This document shows, in pieces, positions 59,978 through 64,000 of a stretch of 64,000 nucleotides of DNA (position 1 is the first letter of the stretch; the number at the start of each line of letters is the position of its first letter). Under the pieces are notes generated by a model. That model ran no database searches. It was not told where the DNA came from and saw nothing but the letters and a program-made list of their open reading frames with translations. The translations under genes were made by a program, and so were the position numbers. This DNA is from an uncultured Candidatus Saccharibacteria bacterium (GTDB lineage Bacteria; Patescibacteriota; Minisyncoccia; Phycocordibacterales; CAIRYW01): assembly GCA_964406475.1 (NCBI GenBank), contig CAYORS010000001.1:35881-99880 (forward strand), read 5' to 3'.

Positions 59978-60277
59978 ATGATAAAACATGATTTAGCTAT
60001 AATTAGAAAGGCGATTAGTGCTGTATCTAAAGAAGCTACACAGTTTAAGAATGACCAAGCTTTAACATCTGTTCTCGCTCAGCTCCGTTATATCGAGGGG
60101 GTTATAAGCGGAGCTGAGTTCGATCTGAGCAAACTTTCTCGTCTGGCGATTGGTGTTACAGCAGTAAAGATGCTTGCTCAAGAATACCCTCATCTTGTTG
60201 ATGTACTTATGGATGCTGATTGTGTAAGTAAAAAGTATATAAAAGTCTATCAACTAACCCATAAGAGTAATAAATAA
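59978..60277 (+). CDS. Tsi6-family immunity-like protein
   Basis: SVLAQLRYI...DLSKLSRLAIGVTAVK...PHL..VLMDA matches the Tsi6 four-helix pattern as recalled. Confidence 0.7.
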   Translation: MIKHDLAIIRKAISAVSKEATQFKNDQALTSVLAQLRYIEGVISGAEFDLSKLSRLAIGVTAVKMLAQEYPHLVDVLMDADCVSKKYIKVYQLTHKSNK

Positions 60278-60293
60278 TAAATCATTCTTTAAA

Positions 60294-60316
60294 TCCCCAA
60301 GGGCTGCTCTTGTGGA
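60294..60316 (+). repeat. CAAGGG palindromic repeat, copy 4 (degenerate)
   Basis: TCCCCAAGGG-CTG-CTCTTGTGGA. Confidence 0.55.
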
Positions 60317-60422
60317 GTAAAGTATTATTTCTTTCATATATATAACTGTATGTAATTTGTAATACAGTAAGTATAGTATCGAATCAACTAATTTACATAC
60401 GCCTATTGCTCAATTTTTTATA

Positions 60423-61238
60423 TTAAAAAATTACCTTTTTGAACTGTGTGCAGATATTTTGGAATGAATTATCTGAGAACATTTCTTTAATAAACCCATT
60501 CTTATTCTTCAAAATTTTATTTCTATCCTCATCTGTCATACCACCCTTTCCGTTGATGTATAACACAAAGATATTGTCTGTTTTGAATTCATCAATCATT
60601 TTTTCTGTATTTTCAAAACAATCCGCTACAGATTTAAAACTAGTTGTATTCTCAGACTGAGATATACCTAATAGTATATGTCCATAATCCCCAAAACCAA
60701 GAAAGTTTGCAGGAATAGTGAACAACACCTGAAGACTATTGCAATCATTACCTTCTGTATCGAGGGTAGAAATTTCCAACACAACAGGCACCTGATTAAA
60801 GAATGTAATCGTCTTAAATTTAACAATTTTCTGAAGACCTTTATTATACACAAGCTCTATAGCTTGAAACTGTTTTGCTTCCTTTCTCTTAAGTATGCAC
60901 GTAAATACTTCTGGTTTGTTATTTGAAAATTTTCCTATCTCAATACCAACATAATCACCATCGGATACAAGCCCGTTCTCAACTATTGATTTCTTTATTG
61001 AAATAATCCTTTGCAAATGTTCTGCATCAATCAAATCAGGAATTTCATCTTTCTTTATATTCCTCTTTGCTGGGTCACAAAGCGAGATTGGTGTAGCTAA
61101 GTATGCAATATCAAACTCACCGCGATTAGTGAAGTCTGCATCCGGATTTAAAGCAAAAAGCGAATCAATATCTTGATACTGATCTTTTGTTTCATGTTCA
61201 ATTACAATAAAATTTACTATTTTAGCAATATATTTCAT
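60423..61238 (-). CDS. Hypothetical protein
   Basis: AT-rich ORF of about 270 aa with no recognised motif. Confidence 0.65.
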   Translation of the reverse strand: MKYIAKIVNFIVIEHETKDQYQDIDSLFALNPDADFTNRGEFDIAYLATPISLCDPAKRNIKKDEIPDLIDAEHLQRIISIKKSIVENGLVSDGDYVGIEIGKFSNNKPEVFTCILKRKEAKQFQAIELVYNKGLQKIVKFKTITFFNQVPVVLEISTLDTEGNDCNSLQVLFTIPANFLGFGDYGHILLGISQSENTTSFKSVADCFENTEKMIDEFKTDNIFVLYINGKGGMTDEDRNKILKNKNGFIKEMFSDNSFQNICTQFKKVIF

Positions 61239-61500
61239 AGTGCAATTATAAACCAAAAAAACTCTTTATCAATCAAATACTGTTTAGTTTATTTGAGAGC
61301 AGATTTTGACTCAACTTCCCGATATAATTCAAATGCATCAACACTACTTCATAATTGACTTATACGCGGTTTTACCATCGAACAGTACTTTTATATAAGA
61401 ATTATCCGGAATAGCATATTTACTATCTTTTGTTGAATAATATTTTTCTGTAGTGTGATAAAAATTGTACCCTTCACTGTCTTTGGTAACTTTCTCAATT

Positions 61501-62145
61501 ACAAATGAAAAGTTTCTTCTAATGATCCTTGGTTCACAAGCAAAGCTTGAAAATGATAACAGAGGAATTAATGTGAAGAGGGGGCTTCGAACTCGAGTTG
61601 AAACGGGATTGTAGCCTGGAGTCGCACCTGTTGGATACTTGAATGAAAAGCATATGGATAGGAAATGTCAGGTGAGATTAGATCTGGATAGGGCACCAAT
61701 AGTTAAAAAGATTTTTGAGAAGATGGGGTACGAGAAGTGGTCAGGTAGGAAAATATATCACTGGCTTAAATTCGAACTTAATTTCAAGACGGTGGGGAAT
61801 CACAATCTTGCACTGGGCAATATATACAGAATGCTCCAGTGTGCTTTCTACACAGGAACATTTGAATATCCAAAGGGAAGTGGAAATTTTTATCTAGGTA
61901 AACATGAACCAATTGTTGATAAAGAACTGTTTGCAAAAGTTCAGGAACAATTAAAGAGAGATAATATACAAAGAGAAAACAAAGAATTCGCATTCACTAA
62001 ATTATTTACATGTGGATACTGTGGAAGTGGAATATCGGCAGAAGAAAAATGGAAACAATTAAAAGATGGTACTCACACAAAATATATTTATTGTGGTTGT
62101 TCAAGCAACTGTAAGGGCCGCTCCTGCTGGTTTACGGACTATTAG
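61501..62145 (+). pseudogene. Fragment of a large serine recombinase
   Basis: QAKLENDNRGINVKRGLRTRVETGL*PGVAPVGYLN with an in-frame TAG at 61612; recombinase domain (FYTG..GKHEPIV) and Zn ribbon CGYCG; catalytic N-terminus and C-terminus missing. Confidence 0.85.
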
Positions 62146-62170
62146 GTTGTGTTGATGTATAATATAAACT

Positions 62171-62989
62171 ATGACTAAATATATTATTCTCAGTTCTATT
62201 ATTTTACTCGGGACTTTGTGGTTTGTGTTAAATATGCTTGGAAGGCGCAATGTCATAGATTTGCAAAACGAGCCTAGAGATATTGATGTACAGGCATCAA
62301 GCAAGCTTGATGGTGGCGAGGTGACACTTGGTGCACAATTTGTAATTCCCGAAGATAAATATATAACGGTAACATCTGCTGATGGGGGCCCGCTTTTTAA
62401 GATTCAGAAAACACAAAACCAAGTGCTGCTCGGATACATCAAACATCTCTACGATTTTCGTGATGCTGAAGAAAAGAGAAGTGGCAAAACATCGTTCAGG
62501 AGTACTTATGCTGGATACGATGTTGCTTCACTTATAGATCCTAAGTCAGATACCCCCTCTCCGCTCAAAGACTTTTTTATGAAAAATACTGTGGTGTTAC
62601 AATCCTCAGGGACTGGCGATCTTCCTATTGTGACGGTATTTTATATTGATGGTAATGCGTATGCTCTCTATTCTTCTCCAGAAGGGCCAAATGGAGAGAA
62701 TATTCAGTCTGGCAAATTCATTATTGTTAATTATACGAAAGAGATGTCGGAGAGGATTGGGGCCTCTGTTTCTGGTGTACAGAGTGCGGTGGTGGACTGG
62801 ACTGCAAGTGGCTATGAGCTTACATCTAGTGTGAATCCTCCAATCTACTATATTCAAAGAATATATCGCTCAACAAGCGAAAACAAGATCAAAGTATCAG
62901 TCAAAACATATTTAAAAAGCAAGAGTCAATATGAGCTCCAGATAGACCCTCAGACATTAAAAGTTGTTGATGTTGTGGAGCTTGAGTAG
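62171..62989 (+). CDS. Hypothetical membrane-anchored exported protein
   Basis: N-terminal transmembrane segment, 272 aa. Confidence 0.7.
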   Translation: MTKYIILSSIILLGTLWFVLNMLGRRNVIDLQNEPRDIDVQASSKLDGGEVTLGAQFVIPEDKYITVTSADGGPLFKIQKTQNQVLLGYIKHLYDFRDAEEKRSGKTSFRSTYAGYDVASLIDPKSDTPSPLKDFFMKNTVVLQSSGTGDLPIVTVFYIDGNAYALYSSPEGPNGENIQSGKFIIVNYTKEMSERIGASVSGVQSAVVDWTASGYELTSSVNPPIYYIQRIYRSTSENKIKVSVKTYLKSKSQYELQIDPQTLKVVDVVELE

Positions 62990-62994
62990 GGAGT

Positions 62995-63183
62995 GGCGAG
63001 AGTTTCGACCTCGAAATTCTATATGCTGTTGCATATAGAATTTCTCTTCACTGGTTTTCGCTTCGCTTGTTACTACAAGCTCAATGCGAAAACCGTTCGA
63101 ATCTCACCCGTGTTTGCTTCGCAAACATTTCCTCTCGCAAAGTAAAAGTCCGCCCTATTAAGGCGGACTAAACTTTGCGGAGG
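62995..63183 (-). repeat. Orphan tRNA trailer plus att-like 3' remnant of a probable tRNA-Ser
   Basis: Minus strand reads CCTCCGCA, hairpin, TGCGAGAGG, inserted hairpin TGTTTGC-GAA-GCAAACA, GGTGAGATTCGAAC, then two long hairpins; no tRNA body. Confidence 0.7.
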
Positions 63184-63325
63184 CTCTCGAGTTCGGACTT
63201 TTTAGTTCATTGCATCACAAGGCTTTTCTAATGTTTTTTATAATATCACGACGAGGTATCTCGAGCATACAACTTTTCTTAAAAAAGTGACAAAAGTGAC
63301 AGTAGTTCGGTTTTAATTCCTTGAA

Positions 63326-64000
63326 TTAAATAAGTGTAATAAATTGAAGTATAAATCCGAGTACGAGTAAAATTGCTCCTATAACTCCCCACTTTCTTTG
63401 AGCAAGGCGATCCTGTACTTGAGGAAGTTTAAGTTTTTCTTCCTCAGTATCTCCGGACCATCTTGAAACTCCTAACCTTATCGCTTCAGCTTTAGAAATA
63501 AATAAACCCTTTGCAAATGCAATGCTCCCTAAAAAACTTAATACGATACCTGAAATATTTAGATAACGATCAATACCAACCAGAGAATAGGTGGACACAG
63601 TAAACATTTCAAATAAAGAAATCCAAGGAATTGTAGAAAACATTAGTGCAAGATATATAAGAATAAATATCTTTGGTACGTGAAGTTCAATATGACTAAA
63701 AGGCCAATAGACCTTTTTATCTTTACCTCTACCCAACATTTCCCATTCAGTATCGTACAGAGCCAATGGTAATCTCATCTCAATCGCATGTATCACTTTA
63801 AACTTTGCACTATTTAACCCTTTATATGAAGCAATAATTCTATACCATAGATAACAAATTGTTATTCCTGCTATCGCAGATAGACCTAGTATAAAACTGA
63901 TCTCCTGAGCATTAGCTCTAGTTGCAATAAAGCCGAGAAGTGTCACAAGTCCAGTATTTAGACCTAGAAAAAATTCATTGGTTTTTTGTCTTCGGTCACT
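63326..64000 (-). CDS. Membrane protein, 5'-truncated by the window edge (RipA/8xMP- or SLATT-like N-terminal domain)
   Basis: Frame stays open to the window end: SDRRQKTNEFFLGLNT...WYRIIASYKGLNSAKFKVIHAIE..LP...YDTEW. Confidence 0.6.
   Translation of the reverse strand, partial: SDRRQKTNEFFLGLNTGLVTLLGFIATRANAQEISFILGLSAIAGITICYLWYRIIASYKGLNSAKFKVIHAIEMRLPLALYDTEWEMLGRGKDKKVYWPFSHIELHVPKIFILIYLALMFSTIPWISLFEMFTVSTYSLVGIDRYLNISGIVLSFLGSIAFAKGLFISKAEAIRLGVSRWSGDTEEEKLKLPQVQDRLAQRKWGVIGAILLVLGFILQFITLI

Noticed and set aside
61612-61614. TAG readthrough or an alternative genetic code
   Set aside because: The gene is truncated at both ends, and TAG and TGA end many intact genes here
1-64000. 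Locating the origin from GC skew by eye
   Set aside because: Composition seems to follow the coding strand, so it needs a computed cumulative skew

Overview
This window looks like the origin-proximal part of a small, AT-rich Patescibacteria (CPR, probably Parcubacteria) chromosome using the standard genetic code. The lineage is inferred from the streamlined yebC, jag and polA, the chromosomal VirB4/PrgI cluster and the many Shine-Dalgarno-less starts. Core genes include cca, xth, a Xer recombinase, rpsO, pnp, comM, pcrA, rsmA, jag-yidC-rnpA-rpmH | dnaA-oriC-dnaN, PBP1A, ruvABC, pilB, tsaE, polA, holA, mutM, rpsT and ung, plus four tRNAs. A ~13 kb T4SS-like envelope locus lies at 18.9-31.8 kb. 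An accessory right end (56-64 kb) holds CsoR plus a multicopper oxidase, a Tsi6-like orphan immunity gene and a broken serine recombinase. The most striking unexplained signal is a family of structured tRNA 3' trailers. Each terminal tRNA (Gly, Lys, Arg, plus an orphaned Ser end) is followed by a long hairpin and then an antisense copy of its own 3' end. That copy is split by an inserted hairpin, exactly at the T-stem/acceptor junction in the three intact cases, and is followed by shared covarying modules bounded by tRNA-specific T-arm repeats. A second signal is a polar CAAGGG..CCTTG palindrome that punctuates the accessory genes like cassette boundaries. All calls come from reading the sequence; no database search was run.
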